Shown here: positions 12,861-24,671 of the stretch, in pieces
Layout of the letters: every line of letters begins with the position of its first letter
How positions within the stretch are numbered: the first letter of the stretch is position 1
Origin: Octopus vulgaris
Taxonomy: Eukaryota
NCBI GenBank assembly: GCA_951406725.2
Contig: OX597821.1
Coordinates: forward strand, 49,228,001 to 49,292,000
DNA: 64,000 bases
Reading direction: 5' to 3'
The notes under the pieces: generated by a model
What the model saw: only the letters and a program-made list of their open reading frames with translations
Told to the model about the DNA's origin: nothing
Databases searched by the model: none
Position numbers and translations under genes: made by a program

Positions 12861-14309
12861 CTCTCTTTTGGAAACTTCTCATAATTCTATATGTATTCTA
12901 TTAAGAATTCTCTTTCATAACTTTTGAATGTGTCAAAGACTCTCTTGTAGCTAAATATTGTTCAAAGATATTTCACAGAAGACTGAAAATTATCACTAAA
13001 CTGCCATCTCATCCTTTTCTCAATATCAGTAAAAGAATCTGCCTGCTGAATCTTGTGCACATTTCTTCTCTGTCATACTTAATTACATTTTACTTATTTC
13101 CTGAAACAATAATCAACTGTTTTCCTTGTTCTATAGATGTCTCTCCTTTTCACCCTTCCCTCCTCTCTTCCTTTCTTCTCTCTGCTTCAGTTATCAAAAA
13201 TGCAATGCTTCCCTAGCTCTTCATTCTTTCTGTAGTCATTGCTAAGTGTTGTTCAGATGTATTTTAGAGAATATGAACTACCAGAAATATGGCGGTTAAA
13301 ATGTTCAGTGTTAGAGTTCTGACATTTAGACCTCATTTAGACCAGATATTTAACACCTATCTAAGCTTGTAATTTAAATATTTCAGTCCTGTTGAAAAGT
13401 AATAACACAAAATTCTGAATAACAACTGTTTTAATTGACAGAATCGTTAGTGTTGGACAAAATGCCTTGTGGTGTTTGTTTCAACTTTTTACATTCTGTG
13501 TTCATATTCCACTAAAGTTATGGTTGCTTTTCATCCTTTAGGGTCAATAAAGTAAAAGTCTTGGGGTTGATGGTGTCAATTTAACACCTCCTCTCAAAAT
13601 TGTTGGCCTTATTCCTAAATTAGAAACATTATCAACAACCATGGGATAGTGGAGTGGCAGAATCAGTAAAGCATTGGATAAATTGACTTACATTATTTGT
13701 TCCAGATATTTCAAATTCTGCTAAGATCAGCATTGCCTTTCATTTTCCTTGGGTTCATAAAATAAAATATCAGTTAAGTACTAGGGTTAATTTAATCAAC
13801 TAACACTCTGCTTCAGTTTCTGATCTCTGTTAGAAGCAATTATTCATTCACTCCATTTTTCTTATGCTTGTTCATATAGGGAGACACACAAACATGCTCT
13901 AAAAGAGCAGAATTTTTGATTTTCATCTTTGGGAAGTTCATTTATCTAATGTGTGATTTAGTCTGAATTGTGTGGAGGGACTAAACAATGCGTTAGTGTT
14001 AGTAATTTTGCGCAAACAGCTGAACATCTTGACTTAGTTGATGCAACAGTTGCAGGTTGATTATGTGGAAAAATTGAGTTTTTGTCGGATTTTATGTTGT
14101 ATAGCTTGTTGGTTATAAATATCTGTGTACTTGTTTAGGAATATCTACTATAAGTTATTTAGGATGTTATGTTCACAATGAAATCTTAGATACATAATTA
14201 TAGAATGGCTGCATTGTAAAGTTAAATTATTTTTCATGATGATAGTTATAATATTTGCTACTTAAAATATAATTATTGAATTTGTTGAATGAGCAAATAA
14301 TGAGACACA

Positions 14310-14605
14310 AACAAGGCTGTGTGGTTTCAGGATCAATTCTATTGTGTGACACCTTAAACAAGTGAATTCTACCCCGGTTCAACTAAAGTCTTGTAAGTGA
14401 ATTTGGTAAAGAGAAACTCTCCCTGCTTGACAACCAGTATTGATTTGTTTATGTTGCCATAACTTAGTGGTTCAGCAAAAGAACCCATTAGAATAAGTAT
14501 TAGACTTAAAAAAAAAGGAAGTTGTAGAGTGGATTTGTTTGACTAAACCTTCAAAACAGTGCCCCAAAATGGTCACTGTCCAATAACTGAAACAAATAAA
14601 GGATA
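14310..14605 (+). mobile_element. Old SINE family A copy
   Basis: ggctgtgtgg head, gtgaatttggta, gcttgacaacc, aatgactgaaaca-like tail. Confidence 0.6.
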
Positions 14606-14914
14606 GATAGGAAAAAAAAGCAATTACTGATGTTTTATTTTTCGTTTTTTTTTTTTTTTGAGATTGCCACTTGTTTACTGACAAGAATTTATTGCAACAC
14701 CAATAGTTTGTCATTAGTACCACAGTTTGCTAAAACAAGTGGTTTGTCAAAGTTCACCACTGTCTTTGTCACTTTTCCTAGCTTCACTGATTACTCCTAT
14801 CCACACTTACGAGTACATAGTTCAAGATAGCCATGTAGTTCTTCTGCAACAAAAAACCAGTTCCTGTCCACCTGTCATACTTTAACATCTCAACACCTAA
14901 CATGTTGCACTTAG

Positions 14915-15720
14915 GTGAGAGGGCTTTTTAGTTTTGTGAGTAACATGGCAACCTCATTGGATATGATATTGCTGCTCTCTTTTGAGTTTCCTGCCATAAT
15001 GTAGGCTCATCTGGGATCTTTAACTGCAGATGGTCAAGTTGTTTCTTGAAAACATCTACCCCAACATCATGTAGATCTCTCAGATGTTTTGGGGAAGATA
15101 TTAAATAGATATAGGCCTTTGAATCCCAAGCTATTGCAGTTCTAGTCCTCACTCTAAAAGGGAAGGGTGGGACCTTTGGAACAGTGCAGTGATGTCCAGT
15201 TCAAGGGCTGATATAATTCTTGATGCCAAAATTTGGTGCCAACCCCTCTATTATCCTCCTTGTGTATGTCACTGCATATTCTTTCAGTCTCTCCCAATAG
15301 CTCACTTGTTCCATTGATGCAATCTTCCTGGTGTAGTATTGCTGAACTACCTCAAATACCACTATTAACTTGACAAGTGGGCTGACTATACTTAAATGTA
15401 GTAGTCTAGATGGCTGAGGACAAATGTCTTCCATAGAACCAGTTTAGTTTCCTGGTCTCTTATACTGAGAGTTCTCAGAATCCATTTGGCCATTCACCTG
15501 CTCATTGACACAAGCTTGGTAATACGTTCTTGAAATGAGGTACCATTGCCTATATCAATCCCGAGATCATGCACTGTGTTTGACTCTGGGGTTGTCACTC
15601 CTTTTGGTCCAAAGTACCTTTCTGTGGGTTTTTAGCACAAGCTGGTTGATAGTAAAGGGCTTGAAATTTTCCTGCATTAACTTGCATGTTGTTTTCTTTG
15701 GCCCATTTAACTATGGTATC
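14915..15720 (-). mobile_element. CR1-like LINE 3' fragment, degenerate
   Basis: WAKENNMQVN..KF, SYWERLK, FKKQLD.L..KIPDEP. Confidence 0.75.
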
Positions 15721-15765
15721 TATAAACACACATAGACACACATGCATATATGCACACACACACAC

Positions 15766-15819
<54 letters not shown>

Positions 15820-15820
<1 letters not shown>

Positions 15821-16198
15821 GTGGCACTTTGTCGGTTACGACAAAGGTTCCAGTTGATCCGATCAATGGAACAGCCTGCTTGTGAAATTAACGTGCAAGT
15901 GGCTGAGCACTCCACAGACATGTGTACCCTTAATGTAGTTCTCGAGGAGATTCACTGTCACTCGGAGTGTGACAAGGCTGGCCCTTTGAAATACAGGTAC
16001 AACAGAAACAGGAAGAAAGAGTGAGAGAAAGTTTGTGGGGAAAGAATACAACAGGGTTTGCCACCATCCCCTGCCAGAGCCTTGTGGAGATTTAGGTGTT
16101 TTCACTCAATAAACACTCACAACGCCTGATCTGGGAATCAAAACCGAGATCCTACGACTGCAAGTCCACTGCCCTAACCACTGGACCATTGCGCCTCC
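15820..16198 (-). mobile_element. tRNA-derived SINE (family B)
   Basis: Minus strand starts ggaggcgcaatggtccagtggttagggc with B-box-like gtttt/cgattccc; same head as 41127 and 55567 copies. Confidence 0.85.
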
Positions 16199-16367
16199 AC
16201 TGTATATATATGTATGTATGTACTTAGGTACGTACGTATGTATGTATAATATAGAAGGCAAATCAAGTTCACATATATGTTTATATTAATTCAGCCCTAG
16301 ACCCAGCATGCATGAATTTCTCTAAAAGTATATTTAATACATCAAACATATTAAAAATATATAGATA

Positions 16368-17411
16368 CTAGCAGTATCACCTGGTGTTGCTTGGGTTTGT
16401 TTCGACCCTTTAGAATTGGAATTTTTGAAAAGTAAAAATTTTACATTCCAGTTGAAATACACCGCAAAATGATGACACAGCAGTCAAAAATCATAAAAAA
16501 TAGGGATTTTCATAGAAAAAAAAGCACCTTTTTGATGTAAATAATTTTCGGTGTTAACATGGTCCAATTTGAATTTTAACTTCTACAGAATGAAGAGCAA
16601 GCCTTCTTGTATCATACTCTCAATTTTGGTCAACTTGCGCTGCAGGGTCTCGAAGGAGATAGTGTTAGTTGAAGGCTACCAAACCTGCCACACACAGACA
16701 ACTTCAGCTTTATATATATATATAGATTTGCTACACACTACTTTCCATCCTTAATAATGAAACTTGGTAGATCCAAAAGTTAAACACACAGATACACACA
16801 CAGACACACAAGTTGAGTTTTATATATATAGATTTCTCAACGGGGATTTCAGGGGAGAGTTTCAGGGAGTCGCTGCCGATGTATCGTGATGATCAAAAAT
16901 CCGGCCTGCTAAAATTTGGTTAAAGTGATTCAAACTGCAGACTCAATGCAAAATGGTCACATTTAATTCAAAGCGTTAAAAATGTTATGAAAACAATTGG
17001 TATGTGTTCACAAAGTCCAAACGATTAATACGAAAAAGCCCTCCAGGCTACATCCCGAAAATTCATTTCTTTGCCGAATTTCTACAATGTTTATGGCGAT
17101 TCGTTTTTATATCTGGATTTTTTATTTTTCATGCAATTTACGCATGCTTGCACGCGTGGTGAACACACTTCACGTCAAACAGCTGACTGAGTAAAGTTCA
17201 CTATTCAATGCATGGGATAAGGCCTAAACAAACACAATATCGATTTTTGCACTTGCGAGATGAATTTCGGAACAGAAATAGCGCAGTTCAATTTTCATTC
17301 GCCTAAACTTTAAGTGACCCATTTTTGGTGGTTCTACGATTTGTTGGCTAGGAGGAGATGTGCCGGGAAGTTAAACACACAGATACACAAGTTGAGTTTT
17401 ATATATATAGA
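16368..17411 (-). mobile_element. Cluster of non-autonomous Helitron-like elements
   Basis: Minus-strand 3' hairpin plus CTAG at about 16368; TC-tatatatataa 5' ends at about 16724, 16832 and 17411; 16835-17400 is nearly identical to 61425-61995. Confidence 0.75.
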
Positions 17412-17559
17412 TATAAAAATATACAGAATAATCAATACATAAAAAATATATAGATATATACATTAAAAATATACTGTAAAAATAGACATACATAGGTTGG
17501 CAAACAGATTATAAAACAAAATCATAAAAAATGTTAAGAGTCTATAAGATAATGAGTTT

Positions 17560-18370
17560 GGGTGTTACTAATCCAGTTAATAATCCTACGGCTGTTTCTG
17601 GGTGTCTGGTTGTTCAGTCATATAAAAGATATTTACATCCATTTTTGGACACCACCTCCTTCATCAAGGAATATAAATTTTTAAAAAAGGCTCGTATGTA
17701 CTGCATTTTTCTAATTGGAATTACCTACTGAGTGTTTTTTATAGAGCTATATGCAAAAGACCAGGCAGTGGAAGTATTTTTGAGTGGTTGGAGGAGGAGA
17801 TACAATGCATAATAGGATAAGGCTACTGATGGCTCTATAGGTAGAGATAAGAGGAGGGGAGTGTTGTTTTATATTTCAGAAATAGTTTCAGTGGGTGTGG
17901 ATGCTGGTTCTCAACTCTATCCAGAATCATAATGCATCAATGTTGAATAAAACCTATGTTTGCAAGAGTAGATGGCGTCGGAAAATTTATTTAATATCAA
18001 GGAGTTGTCTAGATGGAGAATAATTAATGACCCTTTTAACTATTGTTTGCATTTTCCTATCTTTATATTATAAGGAGGAGCTTCTTTTGTCATGGACCAA
18101 GCCATTGTATGTTTTGTGATTTAAGTTCATATATGTGTGTGGCTAATGATGTCAAGACTTTGTATTTTGTCTTAGTGGGAGAATTTAAGTGAGCTCGATA
18201 TTGACTCTTAAAATCTATGGTGCTGCCTATATAGGTCTTTGCTTGTTGTTTTACCTGGTGTTTCTACATGACATCTATGAACTACATTTTTGCACTGACA
18301 AAAGCCTCTGAGCAGGCATGCATTAGGTATACAACAATTACAGGTTTTCTTTTTTGTTCTACCATTTTAC
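17560..18370 (-). mobile_element. Penelope-like element 3' fragment (GIY-YIG) with downstream hammerhead motif
   Basis: Minus strand reads CNCCIPNACLLRGFCQCKNVV...YIGST.DFKSQY.AHLNS; hammerhead-like motif at 17582-17672. Confidence 0.65.
17582..17672 (-). ncRNA. Type I hammerhead-like motif (degenerate)
   Basis: UCC-UUGAUGA..GGUGUC/GACACC..GAAAC-AGCC-GUA-GGA. Confidence 0.5.
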
Positions 18371-18371
18371 C

Positions 18372-18409
<38 letters not shown>

Positions 18410-18411
<2 letters not shown>

Positions 18412-19602
18412 TCATCATCGTTTAACGTTCGTTCTCCATGCTAGCATGGGTTGGACGGTTCGACCGAGGATCTGGGAAGCTAGAAGGCTGCATCAGGCTC
18501 CAGTCTGATCTGGCAGTGTTTCTACAGCTGAATGCCCTTCCTAACGCCAACCACTCCGTGAGTGTAGTGGGTGCTTTTTATGTGCCACTGGCACAGGAGC
18601 CACGCGAGGCTGGCAATGGCCACAATTGGTTGGTGCTTTTTACGTACCACCAGCATGGAAGCCAGTCAAGGCGGTGCTGGCATCGGTCACGTTCGGATGG
18701 TGCTATTTACATGCCACCGGCACAGGTATCACAACTACAATTTCCATTTGATTTTTTGATGTTGATGTACTTGACTCAATAGGTCTCTTCAAGCACAGCA
18801 GGTCACCCTACGATCCAAGGTAAACACAGCAGGCCGTCCTGCAATCCAAGGTACTTTGGATGGGCTCAGGCTTCTATGTGCAGCTGGTGCAGGAAACAGC
18901 CATGAACTCACGTTATCTATCGGTTCTTCACAGTTACAGCATATCTCCAGAGGTCTTGGTCTTTTGTCATTGCCTCTGTGAGGCCCAACGTTCAAAGGTC
19001 ATGCTTGACCACCTCATCTCATGTCTTCCTGGGTCTACCTCTACCTCAGATTCCTTCAGCTGTTTGGGAGTGGCACTTCTTCACACATCTCTCCTCATCC
19101 ATCCGCAGTACATGACCATACCATCGCAAGCGTTGCTCTTGCACACCACATCTGATGCTTCTTATGTCCAGCATTTCTCTCAGGGTGCTTACACTCTGTG
19201 TGTGTGCACACTGACATTACATATCCAGCGGATCATGCTAGCTTCATTTCTTTCAAGCCTACACATGTCCTCTGCAGTCACAGCCCATATTTCACTACTG
19301 TGAAGCATGGCAGTTCACACACATGCGTCGTACAATCTACCTTTCACTCTGAGCGAGAGGGCCTTTGTCACCAGTAGGGGTAGAAGCTTTCTAAACTTTA
19401 CCCAGGCTATTTGTATTCTAGTGGTAACACTCTCTAAGCATCCACCTCCACTACTAACTTGGTCACCCAGGTAGCGGAAACTATCAACTACTTCTAGTTT
19501 CTCCCCCAGGAGTGTGATGGAATCTGTTTTCGAGTATCTGTGGTGACTATTGCCCCTGTGCATCTGCCGCACACGAAAGTTATTTTCTCGGTTAATTTTC
19601 CT
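18410..19602 (-). mobile_element. RTE LINE 3' fragment
   Basis: [31 protein letters not shown]; 3' UTR and tail. Confidence 0.9.
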
Positions 19603-19648
19603 AATGTATGCATATATGTATGTATATATGTAAGTAGGTATATATATG

Positions 19649-19725
<77 letters not shown>

Positions 19726-20409
19726 GTGTGTATATATGTATATGTTCTGGGTTACATGTTACCAGAAGCACTCGAAAGTGACCTGCCATACAAAAAATTA
19801 CAGTTACATGTACAATCAAAAGATGTAAGGATACAATGGTTGGTGAAGAAGAAAGTATGATTTAAACTCGCTTTGTGTATATATTCGTGTGCGGTGCGTG
19901 CTGATATATAAAACTGTGTGTATGGGTTTTCTAGAAAACTGTGTGTATGATTTTTCTAGAATTCGGGATGTACTTACATATATCTTTACGAAGTAGAATG
20001 TCGTGTTTTCGATCGTGTTGCTACACATGGTAACACAGATTTACAAGAAGACACAGTTATTTTCTTTTTGTAGAATCATTAAAGGTACTGTTCCAATATC
20101 CAAGGAATGTATATATATACAGATACTTATCTAGTTTTTCCAAAGAGATGGGTATTTCCAAGGCAGTGGAAGACTTTGAACTTCTTTTCAAGTTAAAGTG
20201 ATACCATGTGCTGTATACGTCTGTGTATATATTTTCTGTTTTTCCCTTCTTTGTATTTCAGATGGTTTTTCTTTTTTCTTTAAATATGTCTTGTTACGTT
20301 TCCATTCAAAAGTTATTCAGATAATATTTTATTTTATTTTATTTTATTCTTTTGTTCCGATCAAAAATCGCAGTTAATTTTCAAATTTCGTAAAATCCAT
20401 TATTTGCAA

Positions 20410-21530
20410 TGTTAAGACCTTAAGTGTAAGCACAAACATGTGTGTGCACTTGCTTGGTGATAGCATGTCTGCACCATTTGCTGAAGACATTTTAGCCCTT
20501 GGAGAAGGCAAGGTACCAAGGAATGATAGGGGCGACATATCCATCTCTGAACTGTGCAACACCGTGGACAACCCTTCCAATCTTTTGGAAACAGTGTTCC
20601 CCAATCTGGAAAGTAATTATGCAGACATCAATAGGCTCAGTGAAAGAACCATCCTGCCCCCCCCCCCCATAAACATAGCTGTCAGTGCTATCAACAACCA
20701 ACTCATAAGCCGAATTCCAGGTGAGGAGCACATCTACAAATCGATTGACCAGACCTCTGACCCCAAAGACATTGTCAATTACCCTATCGAGTTTCTCAAC
20801 TCATTGGAGCCAGCAGGGCTTCCACCTCACATTCTTAGGCTAAGGGTTGGATGTCCAATTATGCTAATCAGAAACTTGCTTCTGCCTAAACAGTGCAACG
20901 GGACCCGCTTAGTAATCAAGTCTCTGACGCCCCACTTGATTGAGGCCACTATTGTTACAGGGTGCGGGAGGGGTGAAAATGTTTTCATTTCAAGGATGCA
21001 GCTTTATCCCTCAGGGTCAGATGTGCTGTTTGACTTCCGCAGATTGCAGTTCCCAGTGAGACCATGCTTTGCAATGTCTATCAACAAATCCCAAGGCCAA
21101 ACACTATCGGTGGTAGGCATCCATTTGGGGTTTTCCATTCAATCAGGATAAAAAATTGATAAACCAATTCCTTATAGGATTTCCCACTAAAATTGGCTAC
21201 ACCTCATTTTCAACCATAACTTTTACAAATTTTGACATATTTTACTCAAACTTGATGCCAGCATTACTTAGGACTCATGGTATCGTTGAATGCTTTAAGT
21301 TCTCAAAAAAAAAAAAAAGACAGTCGATGAGTGGAAATAATTGATAAACCAATTCCTTATGGGATTTCTCAATCAAATTGCCTGCAACTCATTTTCAGCC
21401 AAACGTTTACCAATTTCAATGGAATCTGCTCAAATTTGATGTTGGTGACACTTATTTTGGTTTGAAATATAGCGCTGGATCACTTAATAATCCTAACTTA
21501 ATCCCTGGCAACACCGGGCTATACTGCTAG
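20410..21530 (+). mobile_element. Helitron 3' portion: PIF1-like helicase C-terminus (ORF 20438-21151) and canonical 3' end
   Basis: YPIEFLNSL.P.GLPPH.L.L.VGCPIMLIRNL...CNGTRL, RLQFPVRPCFAMSINKSQGQTL; hairpin cctgg-caaca-ccggg at 21504-21518 followed by CTAG (21527-21530) and T. Confidence 0.92.
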
Positions 21531-21938
21531 TGTGTGTATATATATATATATATATATATGCATGTATATTTATGTATATATATATGTATGTATATGTATA
21601 TTTAAGACCGATGATAAAAGTTCTATTTCTTACAAAATATTTTGTTACTAACACCATACAAATTATTTTTATCTTTTACACCTTATGCAGAATTTATCTC
21701 TCTTTCAAATGATGCTGACAATAACTATTTTTATACAACTTGAAGAATTCTAATGCTAAATTAATATAAACATTTCAAATTTACCGGCAAAATTAGTTTA
21801 AGGCCATGTAATATGTAAGCAAATTTCTTTTGCTATTTAGCCCTAGGAAGCATTGACACTTCCTGTCAGCTTTGACACATTTCCTGTGTTCTTATATTTG
21901 CAAAGGGGAGACAAGCACCCCAACCAGCTAGACCTGCA

Positions 21939-21985
21939 CCTAGAGACATGCATGTTTCTGAGTCTTGCTCGTCATCAGTCTAGGG
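21939..21985 (-). ncRNA. Type I hammerhead ribozyme
   Basis: CCUAGA-CUGAUGA-cGAG caaga CUCa-GAAAC-AUGCAU-GUC-UCUAGG: stems I and III pair, GUC triplet. Confidence 0.8.
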
Positions 21986-22199
21986 TAGTAAGGCTTGCTA
22001 GTTGAAGATGCTTTCCAAGCCCTTGCAAATATATATGTTTTCAGTGAAATCTATTCACTGATCACCAAAATTAGAAATATTAAATTTCTAAATATCTCAG
22101 AGATATGAGCAGTGGTAGAATGATAGAGCAGTTGTATACTGTCAACTTAACGTGATAGTCCCGTAAAGGGAATCACACCACCGCTATTTAGCCCTAGGA

Positions 22200-22535
22200 G
22201 GTAAGTGTAAGTACCTTGAGAGAAAAGTTGGACCTAAGAAGCATCAGATGTGGTGTACAAGAGAGATGACTGCACTGGTATGGTCATGTGGCAAGAATGG
22301 ATGAGGATAGCTGTGTGAAAAAGTGCCACACCCTAGCTGTTGAGGGAACCTTTGGAAGAGGTAGAACCAGGAAGACCTGGGATGAAGTGGTGAAGCATAA
22401 CCTTCGAACATTAGGCCTCACCGAGGCAATGACTAGTGACTGAGACGTTTGGAAATATGCTGTGCTTGAGAAGACCCGGCAAGCCAAATGAGACCTTGAC
22501 TTCGTGGCCTCTGCCAGGGATGTAACCAGCCCACT
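22200..22535 (+). mobile_element. RTE LINE fragment (C-terminus)
   Basis: Nucleotide identity with 10135-10465. Confidence 0.85.
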
Positions 22536-22985
22536 TATGGATGTATAAATGCCCTTTGGCAAGCTGCATTGCGCAAGTACACTCATACAAGCATCAGTGA
22601 AAATGTGAGCATATGCACTCGTGAGGTTTGGTGCACTCACGATCACAAACTGAGTTAACTATCTACTTGGTGTTTATAATAATGGGGAGGTTAGAAGAAA
22701 ACTTAATTCATTCATACCTTAAAGTAACTTATGTTAACAGTTATTCAAAATTCATTCCAACTGCATTGTGTGGAAGTACATATATATGCATATCAAGAAT
22801 CTTTCAGAAATTCAATAAATTATTTTCTAACCTTCCCATTATTATAAACACCAAGTAGATAGTTAACTCAGTTTGTGATCATGAGTGCACCAAACCTCAC
22901 GAGTGTGTATGCTCACATCTTCACTGATGCTTGTATGAGTGTACTTGCACAATGCAGCTTGCCCAAGGGCATTTATACATCCATA
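22536..22985. mobile_element. Foldback/MITE-like element with about 160-bp terminal inverted repeats
   Basis: 22536-about 22697 is the reverse complement of about 22823-22985 with few mismatches; TA at both ends. Confidence 0.8.
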
Positions 22986-23225
22986 TTTGTTAACGGTTAT
23001 TTTTAATACTTTTCTTGCTGTATTGTGTATTCATTTCTTTTTTCCATCTCTGATTTTATTTTTGATCTTCTATGTAAATGAATATATTTCCTCTGTCTGG
23101 CTGCTTTTCTTTCTACAAAATGCGAAGTTACATTGTGGAACTGTTACTTTAACAAGTTGTTTCTATTTATCACATGATGATATACATCTGCACCACTGGA
23201 TACTCCTGAACCAGATGTTGAGTGT

Positions 23226-23273
23226 CCCACCCTTGAGGCATGAATGCTAGATGTGTCGAAACAATTGTTGTGA
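23226..23273 (+). ncRNA. Degenerate hammerhead-like motif, inverted relative to adjacent Penelope ORF
   Basis: CAC-CCUUGA-GGCAU..AUGUGUC-GAAAC-AAUU-GUU-GUG. Confidence 0.4.
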
Positions 23274-23287
23274 TTGATAATAAATTC

Positions 23288-24180
23288 TCATATATTCCAT
23301 CTTCCGTCTTTCATTTCCATATATATATGGGTGTCATTCTCTTTCAATTCCCAGACATGCTTTGCAAGACTAGTTGCTGTCCTGTTCTCGGTGTATTGGA
23401 AAGAATTTTGGTGGGAATAAAACCAAGTCTTGAATGAATTTTCCAAAGCCCTTGTGTAAGTCTTATATTCTTGTGAGCCATCTACTTGCACTTTAGCTCT
23501 ATAAACGATTCCTTTTTCAAGACATTTACCTTCCAACAGATAGCAAATCTTGCAGTTGAATTTCTTCAGATTAGATTTAGCACTGTGGTTGTTTGTAATA
23601 ATTTTTGTATTATGCTGATTAGTAAAAGAGGTGAAGTTTTCACAAGAATAGCTAACCTTCAGTGTTCTCCTTAAAAATTCTATAGAACTTATGGCTATAT
23701 GAAAATGTTTATAGACTAATTTTAAGAATTCCCTACCCATATTAGTTTTTACGGCAATATTAAATGTGAGGTTAAACCACAAAACTTTCCTAGTTCTAGT
23801 TCATCTATTATTGTTAGAATTAGCTTGTCTATACTGGATCTCCTCTGAGAATCCACTTTTCCTTACATTTTCAAATGCTGTCTCATCTGAAGGAATTGAT
23901 CATATTCGCCTTTCTACATTACTAACTAGGTTCTTAAGAATGATGTGGATGATGTGATTCTTTGCTGATATAACATAGCTTCTCATTGGGCTTACTTTAG
24001 GGTTTAATTTTATCTAATTGAAAATCTAAGTTGATATCTAAAAAAATCTATGTTGTTAAGGTTACTTTCTATCATAATCCGTAAGCCCATTCTTTGGGAA
24101 AAAAATTATCAGATTCCTCCTAAGTTTATCTAATTTATGGCCATTTAAATTATGGGTGGCTATAGGACTGTCATCCTATA
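23288..24180 (-). mobile_element. Penelope-like element (Naiad/Chlamys-like) RT thumb plus GIY-YIG fragment
   Basis: WFN..FN..VKTN.G..FLKL..KHF, LKVSYSC, C...GIVY.A.V, FK..FY.H..SF, ATSLAKHVWELKE. Confidence 0.85.
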
Positions 24181-24250
24181 TATACATGTACGTACCTCTA
24201 AACAGAATTAGTGGTTATAATAACCGACTAAGGGATAAATTATTCGTATA

Positions 24251-24421
24251 GGCGCGGGAGTGGCTGTGTGGTAAGTAGCTTGCTAACTAACCACATGGTT
24301 CCAGGTTCAGTCCCACTGCATGGCATCTTGGGCAAGTGTCTTCTGCTATAGCCCCGGGCCGACCAATGCCTTGTGAGTGGATTTGGTAGACGGAAACTGG
24401 AAGAAGCCTGTCATATATATG

Positions 24422-24456
<35 letters not shown>

Positions 24457-24597
24457 TTGTGTGTCTGTGTTTGTCCCCCTAACATTGCTTGACAACCGAT
24501 GCTGGTATGTTTACGTCCCCGTCACTTAGCGGTTCGGCAAAAAGAGACCGATAGAATAAGTACTGGGTTTACAAAGAATAAGTCCCGGGTTCGATTT
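24251..24597 (+). mobile_element. tRNA-derived SINE (family A), truncated at the CR1 3' tail
   Basis: ggcgcgggagtggctgtgtggtaag...ggttcagtccc head; body stops at gggttcgattt where (TAA)n begins. Confidence 0.88.
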
Positions 24598-24671
24598 AAA
24601 TAATAATAATAATAATAATAATTGTGTACAGTGCTCAGGTGCACTACAACTCATCTAAAGTGTATATATAA

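Noticed and set aside
14811-14843. 33-nt minus-strand microexon (ttgcag ... gtaagt)
   Set aside because: Splice-like motifs alone are expected by chance; no other minus-strand exons support it.
20438-21151. Host PIF1 helicase gene
   Set aside because: Intronless fragment followed by a Helitron hairpin-CTAG terminus; transposon-derived.
23288-23782. Selenocysteine-type Naiad element
   Set aside because: No TGA at Cys positions seen in this or the other GIY-YIG fragments.
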